Assembly (NCBI GenBank): GCA_963792725.1
Contig: CAWBXJ010000001.1
Location: 830,937-894,936, forward strand
Reading direction: 5' to 3'
DNA from: an uncultured Actinomycetota bacterium
GTDB lineage: Bacteria > Actinomycetota > Actinomycetes > Streptosporangiales > Streptosporangiaceae
Length of the DNA: 64,000 nt
In this document: in pieces, positions 8,900 through 17,762 of the stretch
Layout: each line of letters opens with the position of its first letter
Numbering within the stretch: position 1 is the first letter of the stretch
Notes under the pieces: model-generated
Databases searched by the model: none
Seen by the model: only the letters and a program-made list of their open reading frames with translations
Told to the model about the DNA's origin: nothing
Made by a program: the position numbers and the translations under genes

Positions 8900-10333
8900 A
8901 TGGCCGATGTGATCGATACGACCTGGCTGGATGCAACCGCGCAGGCTGACCTTGTACGCCGGGGCGAGCTGACCCCGAAAGACCTCGTCGAGGCGGCCAT
9001 CGCCCGGATTGAGGCAGTGAATCCTCAGCTGGAAGCTGTGCTGCGCACCCGATTTGACCAGGCGCGCGCTGAGGCAGCCGGCGACCTGCCCGATGGCCCG
9101 TTCCGCGGCGTGCCGATGCTGCTCAAGGATCTTGGCTGCATGGTGGCCGGCGAGGCGACATCGTTCGGCCTCGGGCCACTTCGCGACCTGGCCTGGCCGG
9201 TGACGTCTTACCTTGCAGAGCAGTTCCGTGCGGCTGGCTTCATCCATCTCGGCCGGACCAATGTGCCCGAGCTCGGCACGACGGTGACTACCGAGGCGCG
9301 CAGCTTCCCGCCCGCCCGCAATCCCTGGCACACCGGCCATTCAACCGGCGGCTCGTCCGGCGGCTCGGCGGCAGCAGTCGCCAGCGGGATGGTGCCGGTC
9401 GCACACGCCAACGATGGCGGCGGATCCATCCGCATCCCCGCGAGCGAATGCGGGCTCGTCGGGCTCAAGGCAACCCGGGGCCGGGTGAGCCAGGGGCCGC
9501 TGATAGGAGAAGGCTGGGCAGGCGCGACGATCGATGGCGCTGTGACTCGCTCAGTCAGGGACGCCGCTGCCGTACTGGATGCGATCAGTGCCCGGCTGCC
9601 TGGCGAGCCTTACTACGCCCCGCCGTGGCCTCGTCCGCTGGCCAAGGAGGTCGGGGCCGACCCAGGCCGGCTGCGCATCGGACTGCTCGACCGGCCGGAT
9701 GGCGAGGGTTTCCTTGACCACCCGGACTGCCGCGCTGCGGTAGCGGGCGCCGGACGACTGCTGGAGTCGCTCGGCCACGGCGTCGAGGCCTCGGGGCCGG
9801 CGGCGATGTTCGACGAGGAATTCATCAGCCACTTCAGGCTCATCATCGCCGCCGACACCGAGACATCAATGCGCGCGTTCGAGACTGCGCTCGGTCGGCC
9901 GATCGAGGATGACGAGATCGAGCCGCGCAATGCGGTCTACCGGGCGATCGGCCGGACCCTGGAGGTGGTCACCTACCTGCAGAGCCGGGCATGGCTTGGC
10001 ACCTGGGCCAGGCGGATGGCCGACTGGTGGACGGAGTATGACCTGCTCGTCACGCCCACCGTTGGCGCGCCGCCGCCCGAACTCGGCTGGTTCACCGCCG
10101 ACGGAGCCGAGTCGGAGGGCCTGCGAGTCGTCGGTTTCATCCCGTACACGGCGCAGTTCAACATGACTGGCCAGCCGGCCATCAGCCTGCCGCTGCACTC
10201 GACGTCGGCCGGCTTGCCAGTAGGCGTGCAGCTCGTCGCGGCCTTCGGCCGGGAGGATCTACTGATCAGGGTCGCGGCACAGGTCGAGCAAGCGGCACCG
10301 TGGGCGGACCGCCGTCCGCCGGTCCACGCATAG
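8900..10333 (+). CDS. amidase (amidase-signature family)
   Basis: The AS signature reads GGSSGGSAAAVASGMVPVAHANDGGGSIRIPASECGLVGLKATRGRVS. I chose the ATG at 8900 (MADVIDTTWLDA). Confidence 0.9.
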   Translation: MADVIDTTWLDATAQADLVRRGELTPKDLVEAAIARIEAVNPQLEAVLRTRFDQARAEAAGDLPDGPFRGVPMLLKDLGCMVAGEATSFGLGPLRDLAWPVTSYLAEQFRAAGFIHLGRTNVPELGTTVTTEARSFPPARNPWHTGHSTGGSSGGSAAAVASGMVPVAHANDGGGSIRIPASECGLVGLKATRGRVSQGPLIGEGWAGATIDGAVTRSVRDAAAVLDAISARLPGEPYYAPPWPRPLAKEVGADPGRLRIGLLDRPDGEGFLDHPDCRAAVAGAGRLLESLGHGVEASGPAAMFDEEFISHFRLIIAADTETSMRAFETALGRPIEDDEIEPRNAVYRAIGRTLEVVTYLQSRAWLGTWARRMADWWTEYDLLVTPTVGAPPPELGWFTADGAESEGLRVVGFIPYTAQFNMTGQPAISLPLHSTSAGLPVGVQLVAAFGREDLLIRVAAQVEQAAPWADRRPPVHA

Positions 10334-10362
10334 TCCCGCAGCCCTCCCCGTGACACGCAGCC

Positions 10363-10392
10363 CGCAGGCACGCGTCGTGGTCGTTGCCTGCG
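10363..10392. terminator. hairpin (8-bp stem CGCAGGCA/TGCCTGCG, 14-nt loop) between convergent amidase and GntR genes
   Basis: Read from the sequence. There is no U-tract. Confidence 0.25.
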
Positions 10393-10507
10393 TGGCCGAA
10401 GCCCGGACGTGAGCGCTATGGGCTCGCTGGTTCTTGTTGGTGGCCACGGAGTCGTGGTCCTTCTCGCTCCGCGCCTCCATGCCTGAACGGCGCCGGGTAC
10501 AGGCGGC

Positions 10508-10984
10508 CTATGGGCACACCAGCACCGTCTGCGCTGTGTCGTAAGCGACGGGACGCTTGCCGGGTTCGGTCACCACGAACACGGTCAGCCCGAGCAGTTC
10601 GCCCATCTCGTGCGGCTGAGGCATGCGCACGATCACCCGGCTGCCCGGAGCTAGGAAGACCCGGTGGATCTCAGGAGTGCGCGTCACGAAGTGGCCGACG
10701 CCTCGCCGCGTCTCAGCCAGGCCGATCTCGCGGAGAGCCTGCATCGCCTTCCGCACCGTGTCTCGGCTCACCCTGTACCGGTCCACCAGCTCGGGCTCGG
10801 ACGGCAGTGCCGATCCGGGCGGGAGCTGCCGGACGATGATCGCGCCGCGCAGGTAGATGGCAAGCTGAAGATACGCGGGCAGCATGCTCCGGGGGTTGAT
10901 GACAGAGACGTCGATGATGTCGCTCACACCGTCAACTGCCCGCTGGTCCTCGACCGTGAGGTGATGTTCGTCACGTTGCGACAT
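10508..10984 (-). CDS. GntR-family transcriptional regulator (short, Kor-like size)
   Basis: The winged HTH reads LPSEPELVDRYRVSRDTVRKAMQALREIGLAETRRGVGHFV. Confidence 0.85.
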   Translation of the reverse strand: MSQRDEHHLTVEDQRAVDGVSDIIDVSVINPRSMLPAYLQLAIYLRGAIIVRQLPPGSALPSEPELVDRYRVSRDTVRKAMQALREIGLAETRRGVGHFVTRTPEIHRVFLAPGSRVIVRMPQPHEMGELLGLTVFVVTEPGKRPVAYDTAQTVLVCP

Positions 10985-11398
10985 CGTTGCCTTCCCCTGG
11001 TGTCAGCTTTCGGATACGGTCGGGCTCGCCTGCTTGTACGGACGACCTGACAAGCCTACAAGTGGGTTCCCGGGAGGGGGGCGGCGAGGGCCTGCCCGAT
11101 GTCGATGTCGGGCATTGGGCGCCGGGCAGGCTCCGCCAACTCGCAAGACCTGCCGCCCGACGGGAGCAATGGGGGCAGCCGCATCACCGCCCTGACTGCT
11201 CCGCTGGGCGCCGGCCATGCCGGCTGCACGCAGTAGTGCGCAAGCTACTGGCCACCTGTCAGAAGGGTATGGGGACGATGAGCGCTCTACAGAAAGTGCT
11301 GGCGCTACACAAACCGCACGGGGACATGCGGCGAGTCGAGATCGAGTCATGCGAGCGGGCACAGGGGCCGATCCCCTCGTCTCGCTAGGGCGTACAGC

Positions 11399-11590
11399 AT
11401 GAGCGTCGAGCACATTCCGGTTACCGGGGATGCGTGGCTAAACCCCCAAGGTCGGCTCATGCTGACCCTGACCCTGCCGGACGGCTCTACGGCAATCCTG
11501 GCCGTTCCGCATAGGGACCGCAGCGGCAAGGCGGCGAGCAGTCAGCCATACCGGGCAATCATGGCCGCGCTGTCTGACGGCGCGGCATGA
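11399..11590 (+). CDS. hypothetical small protein (63 aa)
   Basis: This is the first ORF of a same-strand chain divergent from the GntR gene. GC3 is moderate. No family was recognised. Confidence 0.4.
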   Translation: MSVEHIPVTGDAWLNPQGRLMLTLTLPDGSTAILAVPHRDRSGKAASSQPYRAIMAALSDGAA

Positions 11591-11635
11591 ACCGGGGCAC
11601 GCGGGCAATGCGCGGCAACCCGACCGACCGGAGCG

Positions 11636-11896
11636 GTGTCAAGACCGACAAGTCTGCGGGAGTCGCTAGCGACGCGCGCACGCGCCGTCGCGGCAGGGCG
11701 CACGGTCTTTGCCGTCCAGCTATGGGCCGGGGTTACGTTCACCGCCAACCTAACCCGGAGCATCCCTCACTTCGCGGAAGTGATCGAGGCAGTAGAGGCG
11801 GCAGGATGGCGACTCGATCAATGCACGTTCGTAATCCACAAGAACAAGCCAACGGGCTATTTGATCTTCCGGCGCACTGGCCGGGCGGCGTACTGA
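11636..11896 (+). CDS. hypothetical small protein (86 aa)
   Basis: It reads AVQLWAGVTFTANLTRSIPHFAEVIEAVEAAGWRLDQCTFVIHKNKPTGYLIFRR and looks like a folded alpha/beta protein. It has a GTG start and many codons that are rare for this genome. Confidence 0.5.
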   Translation: MSRPTSLRESLATRARAVAAGRTVFAVQLWAGVTFTANLTRSIPHFAEVIEAVEAAGWRLDQCTFVIHKNKPTGYLIFRRTGRAAY

Positions 11897-12060
11897 TGAC
11901 CGGCGAGGTGGTCGCCACAAATGACACGCGGGAGGGCACCGAAGCGTTCAAACGCCAGTTCCGCGACCTCGTAGTGAAGCCGGGCCACCAGGGCACGTGT
12001 GAAGCCGCTCCGGACTTTCGGCGGCCAGACGTGGGCGTTGTGCGTTGGGATGCACGATGA
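11896..12060 (+). CDS. hypothetical small protein (54 aa)
   Basis: Its ATG overlaps the previous stop (TGATG), and its stop overlaps the next start (ATGA). It falls below the length cut-off of the ORF track as a separate ORF. Confidence 0.35.
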   Translation: MTGEVVATNDTREGTEAFKRQFRDLVVKPGHQGTCEAAPDFRRPDVGVVRWDAR

Positions 12061-12311
12061 GCATTGAGCCAGACAACACACCAGCTCTGATCACTGAGCG
12101 GGTAGTCAACATGGCGTTTGCCGAGTCCCGCCAGGCGCGTGCCGAGCTTCGCAAGATCAGGGGCGCGGTCGTGTTCCTAGCGTGGCTCGCGGGCGTGATC
12201 GTGGCGCTTAGCATCGTCGGCGGGATCATCTATGCCGTTCACGCAGCCGAGGTCCGCGACCTCCAGCCAGCGCAGGTCTGCGAGAGCAGCGGGGGCACGG
12301 CTCACTGTTAA
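12057..12311 (+). CDS. hypothetical single-pass membrane protein (84 aa)
   Basis: The TM segment is AVVFLAWLAGVIVALSIVGGIIYAV. The start overlaps the previous stop as ATGA. Confidence 0.5.
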   Translation: MSIEPDNTPALITERVVNMAFAESRQARAELRKIRGAVVFLAWLAGVIVALSIVGGIIYAVHAAEVRDLQPAQVCESSGGTAHC

Positions 12312-12555
12312 CCAGACTCCACTTCGCCGCGCGCGGGCAAACGGGCGCTTCTCGCCTTCACGGGTGGGGCGTCTGGCTGGGCATGAGCCAAGCGATGTTC
12401 GGCACGTTCCCGGTGCTTCCCCACCGGCGGCGCGCGGCCGAGAGCTGCGCGTCGATTTGGTACCGCCCGGCTCCGGTCGCCTGTTACCTAAGTTGGCCGG
12501 TATTCGATGGTGCCGGCACGGCTATCGGACCTCGTAGTCGAGCTGATCATCGTCG

Positions 12556-12870
12556 CTACTTCGTGCCGTCAGCCGCAGCGATGCCAAGAGTGGTCAGGAC
12601 CCGGCGTTTCATCGTCAGGTACTGCTCGGTGCCGCGCTTGGGCAATCCGGCGGGACGCCGGACGATGCGAGGTGGCTGGATCACTTCGCCGCTGACGAAC
12701 TGCTCGCGGGTCAAGTCGATCTCGGTTCCGTCGGGCAGGAGATTCCAGTAGTGCACGCCTTGGCGACTGCCGTCGGTCCGGCGCACCTCGGCGAGCAGCA
12801 GTTCGCCGCCGAGCAGGTCGTGGATGGTCAGGGCAGTAGGCCCGCATTGCCCGCGGGACGGGTTGGCCAC
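12556..12870 (-). CDS. YunG-like family protein
   Basis: GQCGPTALTIHDLLGGELLLAEV...HYWNLLPDGTEIDLTREQF resembles the YunG family motif GQCxxTAL...GG. Confidence 0.65.
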   Translation of the reverse strand: MANPSRGQCGPTALTIHDLLGGELLLAEVRRTDGSRQGVHYWNLLPDGTEIDLTREQFVSGEVIQPPRIVRRPAGLPKRGTEQYLTMKRRVLTTLGIAAADGTK

Positions 12871-12958
12871 AGACCAGTCATCGGCATCGCGTTGCGTTGA
12901 CTACCTCGGCTGGGCCAGAGGAATCGTTCGGCTCACCCGCGGGATCAGGGATCAGCTG

Positions 12959-12975
12959 AGCGCCCTCAGGGCGCT
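12959..12975. terminator. short hairpin (7-bp stem AGCGCCC/GGGCGCT, 3-nt loop) downstream of the 13023..13844 gene
   Basis: Read from the sequence. It is short and has no U-tract. Confidence 0.2.
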
Positions 12976-13022
12976 ACGTCTGGCGCGGTGCGACGTCGCC
13001 GTTGGCTCGGACATGGTGGGAT

Positions 13023-13844
13023 CTACCGCGAACCGGCAGCGTCGAGCGCTGCGGAGACAGGCCCGAGGTCCGCGATGAGCTGGTCGAGCTCGCCCGGCGT
13101 CAGGCTGTCGTACGCCGGTGCCGCGAGGTCGTCGGTGAGCGACTCGATCCGCTCTTTGCTCTCCCGGCCAGCGTCACTGAGCCAGCCGGAGGCCTCGATG
13201 AGGCCGCGGGCGCGCATCCCGTCCACAACCGCGGCCAGCTGCACCGCGGGGAGGTGGTGGACTCTGCCGAACTTCTCCGCGGCGATGCCCTCGGAGAGTG
13301 CGTGCAGCACATGGGCCTCCGTCCCGCCGATCCCCTCGGCGACCAAAGCGACGATATGACCGTCCCCGCGGTGCTCGCGCAGCAGGGTGGCCGCGTGCCA
13401 GAGGCGGGCCACGGGCTCCTCGGGGACGGGGAGCGCGCGGAGCGCGGCGTACAAAACCCGTCCCCCCATCGGGGCGCCGGTCGCCGCCTTGGTGGCGAGC
13501 TCGGCGGCACGCGCCAGAGCGGGGGCGTCGGCAAGGTCATCGAGGATCCGCCTCAGCGCCGCGACGCTGCCCCGCTCGCGAGCAGCGAGCGCATCCTCGG
13601 GAGTGGCGGTGTCCCACACTCGAGGAATGTGGCGGGAGACCTCGCCCTCGGCGAAGTTGTAGAAGATCGCGTGGACCACCTCGGCCGGAACCCGGCCCAG
13701 CGGTGCCGCCCGTCCGGCGAAGTAGCCGTCCCAGTAGTTCCGGAGGCCGAGCGCCATGAGCGCATCGGTCGGCTCGTCGGAGAAGTAGGTGACCAGGTGG
13801 ATCGGCTCCACGAGCCGGTACAAGCGGCGGGCGGCGGGCTCCAT
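13023..13844 (-). CDS. conserved actinobacterial protein (SCO6745-like family)
   Basis: 273 aa. It reads RLYRLVEPIHLVTYFSDEPTDALMALGLRNYWDGYFAGRAAPLG...LWHAATLLREHRGDGHI. The C-terminus (VVDGMRARGLIEASGWLSDAGRE) looks like a winged helix. Confidence 0.75.
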   Translation of the reverse strand: MEPAARRLYRLVEPIHLVTYFSDEPTDALMALGLRNYWDGYFAGRAAPLGRVPAEVVHAIFYNFAEGEVSRHIPRVWDTATPEDALAARERGSVAALRRILDDLADAPALARAAELATKAATGAPMGGRVLYAALRALPVPEEPVARLWHAATLLREHRGDGHIVALVAEGIGGTEAHVLHALSEGIAAEKFGRVHHLPAVQLAAVVDGMRARGLIEASGWLSDAGRESKERIESLTDDLAAPAYDSLTPGELDQLIADLGPVSAALDAAGSR

Positions 13845-14095
13845 CTTTGACCATCTCCTGTGGTTGGTGGCGCCACTCGTGGGCGACCACTCGCCCTGCT
13901 ACGAACAGCACTGCCCCGATCCGACACCGGCTCCCGGATTTCCCTCAAGGACTTTCCGGTACGTCGGTATTCGTCGACAAAGGTCAAGCTTGGCACTGGC
14001 TGTAATCCAGGTTCTGGACGATGATGGGCGCCGTTGCAACCCGCGATGCGACGGTCCAAGATCAAGGACACCACGGCGCTCATGGCAGGAGATGC

Positions 14096-14854
14096 ATGAT
14101 GCAGTTGTACATACTGCCGCTTGGCAGCTGTTGCTGTAACTACGAGGTCATCGCGCCGGGCATCGCCGACGGCAAGCGCATCCACATTCCGGTGCCCTCG
14201 TTCTTGATTCGCCTTGATGATGATTCGCTCGCGCTCATCGACACCGGGATGAGCCGTCTGCACATCGCTGATCCCGAGCTCACCTGGCGGGGCACACCCC
14301 TGACGGAGCTGCTGGTGCCGGACATGCGGCGCGAGGACAGCTTGCTGTGGCGACTGGCGGAGCTGGACATCGCGCCCGCAGACATCAAGTACGTGATCAA
14401 TACGCATCTGCATTTCGATCACGCGGGTAACAACGACCTGCTGACGGACGCGACGTTCTTTGTGCAGCGCGAGCACTACGAGTACGCCAAGGACAATCCC
14501 GCCTTCCCTAACCAGTACTGGAACCTCCCGGCCCTGAGCTACGAACTCCTCGACGGCGAGACCACGCTGTTCCCCGGTGTCGAGGTGATCCCGACGCCTG
14601 GTCACGCGCCAGCGCACCAGTCGGTTCTGCTGCGGCTGCCGGCAAGCGGCAACATGATCATCTGCGGCGATGCTGTCTACTGTCAGGAGAACTACGACCA
14701 CGACGCGTGGGGCGGGCAAGCCGACCCGGAGACGGCACGCACCAGTGCCCTGGCATTGCGTGACAAGGCCGACCGCGAGAGCGCTTCGATGATCTACGGT
14801 CATGACAGAAACCAGGCCAAGACCCTGCGCTTTTCAACCGACTCCTACCGGTAG
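14096..14854 (+). CDS. MBL-fold hydrolase, AiiA-like N-acyl-homoserine-lactonase family
   Basis: It starts MMQLYILPLGS and carries HLHFDHAGNN (the HxHxDH motif) and TPGHAPAHQS. AGGAG lies 5 nt upstream of the ATG at 14096. Confidence 0.82.
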   Translation: MMQLYILPLGSCCCNYEVIAPGIADGKRIHIPVPSFLIRLDDDSLALIDTGMSRLHIADPELTWRGTPLTELLVPDMRREDSLLWRLAELDIAPADIKYVINTHLHFDHAGNNDLLTDATFFVQREHYEYAKDNPAFPNQYWNLPALSYELLDGETTLFPGVEVIPTPGHAPAHQSVLLRLPASGNMIICGDAVYCQENYDHDAWGGQADPETARTSALALRDKADRESASMIYGHDRNQAKTLRFSTDSYR

Positions 14855-15082
14855 CTCCGCGACCCCAGGTGGCGGCGGCTTGCCGCCAGAAGGGCTGAAT
14901 GCCACCGCCACGGCGACGATCGCCATAACGAGGGCACGGTAGCGGAGCGGGTCGGCTGGCGCGGCGACTGGTTGCCGCCACACGTGATGGCGGTCATGAT
15001 TGCGCTGGAAGAGGGCATGAGCCGCGTCATTCGGTCAGGGGCATGCTGCCCGGCCGCGCTGGTGCGGGAAGGGGCGCGCGCG

Positions 15083-17165
15083 ATGGCGGGCGACGTGGAT
15101 GCGGTCAAGGCCGAGGCGGTGAGTCGGCTGCGGGCCGCGCTGCTGAGCGGCGAGGCGGTTAGCGATGCGGTCCGGTGGGCGTGCTACCGGAATCCGGTGT
15201 TCACGGTCACGCTGTTCGCTGCCGCGGTGGACCGCAGGTTCGGTCCGAGGCCAGATGCCGATGAGATATCCGCGTTCGTCAGGCGCGCCGGCTGGGCTGC
15301 CGGTGGTGATGCCTCGGCAGGTTTCCCGGCCCACGAGGCTGAGCTGCTGATCCGAATGTCGCTAGGCGAGCTGGGGCTGGTTAGTGACATTGACGCCGGT
15401 CTGAATCACACCGAGATCGTGGTCACCGTCCTTGATCGCTTGTTCGCCGAGTGGTCCATCGGACCTTACGAGGTGCAGGAGCTCTTCGCGCAGGCCATGA
15501 CCGCCGCGGACTTCGCGGAGGATGTCGATCCGGACGTAGCTCAGGCCGATAGGTCCTGGTTCGCAGCGGGAATGCACGCATCTTCGTTCGCCCATCCGCT
15601 GGAGCGGGCGGTGCCGGGCGCTCCCGGCGGGCACCCCGATGTCGCGCCGGGTCCGCCGGATCAGGGCCAGCTCGCGGCCGAGATAGCTGCCAGCACCCAG
15701 GTTCTTGACTCCGATCCGCAGGCTTGGTGGGCGCTGTGCCGGCGAGCCCGCGCGTATCGGGCCATGGGCCGATACGACGAGGCGCTGGCCGACTGCTCCC
15801 GGCGGCTGGAGCACAATCCGCTCGCCCCGTGGGCGATTGGCGTACGCGGAGAGATCTACAGCTTGCTCGGGCGGCATGAGGAGGCGCTGGCCGATTTCAG
15901 CCGGGGCGTCGAGCTTCACCCCTCGGCAGCCTGGGCCCTTGCCGGCCGCGCCAGGGCTCTGCAGGACCTGGGCCGTCATGAGGAAGCCGCGGTGGCCTAC
16001 GGCCAGGCGCTCGTCCTCAATCCCGATGCCGACTGGGCGCTCGGTTCGCGCGGTGAGTGTCACTTGCAGCTCCGCCAGTGCGAGGACGCGGTAGCGGACT
16101 TCACGCGGGCGATCGAAATGCGCCCGGACTGGACGTGGGCGATCAACTACCGGGGCGAGGCACACCGGCTCGCGGAGCATGAAGACGACGCGCTCGCCGA
16201 TTTCAGCAGGGCGATCGAGCTGGAGCCCTCGGCATGGACACTGGCCCGGCGCGCCGACCTGAACCGGTGTGCCGGGCGGTTCGAGAAGGCTCTGGCGGAC
16301 TTCAACGCTGCCCTTAGCCTCGAGCCGGCCGATGCGTTCGCCCTGCTGGGCCGCGGCCAGACCCTGACATTCTTCGGCCGGCACGAGGAGGCGCTTGCTG
16401 ACTTCGACCGCGCTGTCAACCTGGAGCCAGCCACCACAGCATCGTCAGCGCCGCGCCGGGGCTCTCATGCAGCTCGACCGGTACGAGGAAGCCGTAGCTG
16501 AGTTCACCCGTGCACTCGCGCTTCCCGCCGACCCGGCCTGGAGGACATCCGACTACGTTGGCCGGGGCCTCACCAACCAGGCCATGCAACGCCACGAGGA
16601 GGCGGTGGCTGACCTGACCGCCGCCATCGACAGTGAGCCTGGCCAGGCGTTCCCGCTTCTGTTGCGCGGGCAGTCCTATGAGATCCTCGGGTCGCATGAC
16701 CGGGCGCTCGCCGACTATGACCGAGCACTCCGCCTAGATCCAGGCGACGCCGACATTCTGCAGCACCGGGGCAGCGCTTACCACGGCCTGGGACAATACG
16801 AACTGGCACTCGCCGACTACGACCAGGCAGTCAGCCGCGACCCGGACAACTACGCGGCGCTAGCGGGCCGGGCCGACGCCCACCTCGCGATGGGTCGGCA
16901 CGAGGCAGCGCTCGCCGACTACAACCGGCTCGTGGCGGCCGATCCCGAGGACGCCGACGCCCTGGCCGGCCGAGGCCAGACGCGGTTGGCCATGGGTCAG
17001 CCCGGGGAGGCCCTGGCCGATCTCACCACGGCAGCCGAGCTGGACCCCAGTCTGGCCGATGAAATACGACCCTACCTAGCCGCGTGCGGATCAGCCGAGC
17101 CTGAATCAAGTCCAGCCCGGCCGGCCGCACCTGCCCAGCCCGCAAGCAGGGACGCGCCGACCTGA
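15083..17165 (+). pseudogene. large TPR-repeat protein, split by one frameshift (ORFs 14972..16501 and 16395..17165)
   Basis: More than 15 34-aa repeats of the form ...GRHEEALADFxRAxELxP... continue seamlessly from one frame into the other around 16430-16461. Confidence 0.75.
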
Positions 17166-17352
17166 GCAACCGGTTCGCCCTCGACAACGGCAACCGCGGC
17201 ACGGATATGAGCGCGGATCGGCCCCGCTGCTGGGACTCGACGACCGCACCGCCCCTGCAGCCGGCGCAGATGTCCAGCGACGGCTTCGACGAGTCGGATC
17301 GTTCGCTACCGGCGCGCCAGAAAGTCCTTCAACAGAGAGATCCGGTCGGCGC

Positions 17353-17379
17353 TGTCTAATCGGGGCAGAGGTGTTCGTA
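17353..17379 (+). promoter_or_regulatory. candidate ECF-sigma-dependent promoter P1 (TGTCTA-N17-CGTA)
   Basis: The sequence is TGTCTAATCGGGGCAGAGGTGTTCGTA, 60 nt upstream of the first YciI start. It matches the motif at 19094-19120 at 19 of 27 positions in the same register. Confidence 0.5.
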
Positions 17380-17438
17380 GCAGGGGTGAGCGGCCGCCCG
17401 AAAGGGGCGTCCCAAGAGCACAGGAGATGATCCGAGTG

Positions 17439-17762
17439 ATGCAGTACCTGGTTTCCGTGATCGACGACACGGCCGGCCTCGCCACCCCGGACGAGATGGC
17501 GGCCATAAACGCCTTCAACGACCGGCTCGAGGCGGAGGGTCACTGGGTCTTCGCCGGCGGCCTCGCGGCGCCCAGCTCGGCCACCGTCATCGACAACCGA
17601 GGCGAGGAGCCGATGTTCACCGACGGGCCCTTCCTGGAGTCGAAGGAGTATCTCGCCGGCTTCTGGATTATCGAGGCTGCCGACCTCGACGTGGCGCTCA
17701 AGCTCGCCGCCGAGGGGTCGAAGGCCTGCAACCGGAAGGTCGAGGTGCGGCCGTTCCAGTGA
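17439..17762 (+). CDS. YciI-family (DGPF-domain) protein
   Basis: It reads MQYLVSVIDD...MFTDGPFLESKEYLAGFWIIEA. Its stop overlaps the sigma-factor start as GTGA. The start is ambiguous (17427, 17436 or 17439). Confidence 0.85.
   Translation: MQYLVSVIDDTAGLATPDEMAAINAFNDRLEAEGHWVFAGGLAAPSSATVIDNRGEEPMFTDGPFLESKEYLAGFWIIEAADLDVALKLAAEGSKACNRKVEVRPFQ

Noticed and set aside
11089-11131. Nested hairpin (GCCTGCCCG ... CGGGCAGGC with inner CCCGA/TCGGG) in the GntR divergent region
   Set aside because: GC-rich inverted repeats of this size are common by chance in such DNA. There is no U-tract and no second copy, so no function can be argued.
13553-14803. 416-aa minus-strand ORF overlapping the SCO6745-like and lactonase genes
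   Set aside because: The composition is Arg/Pro/Gly-rich with no recognisable domain. It lies antisense to, or out of frame with, two ORFs that have clear family motifs. This is a typical shadow ORF of high-GC DNA.
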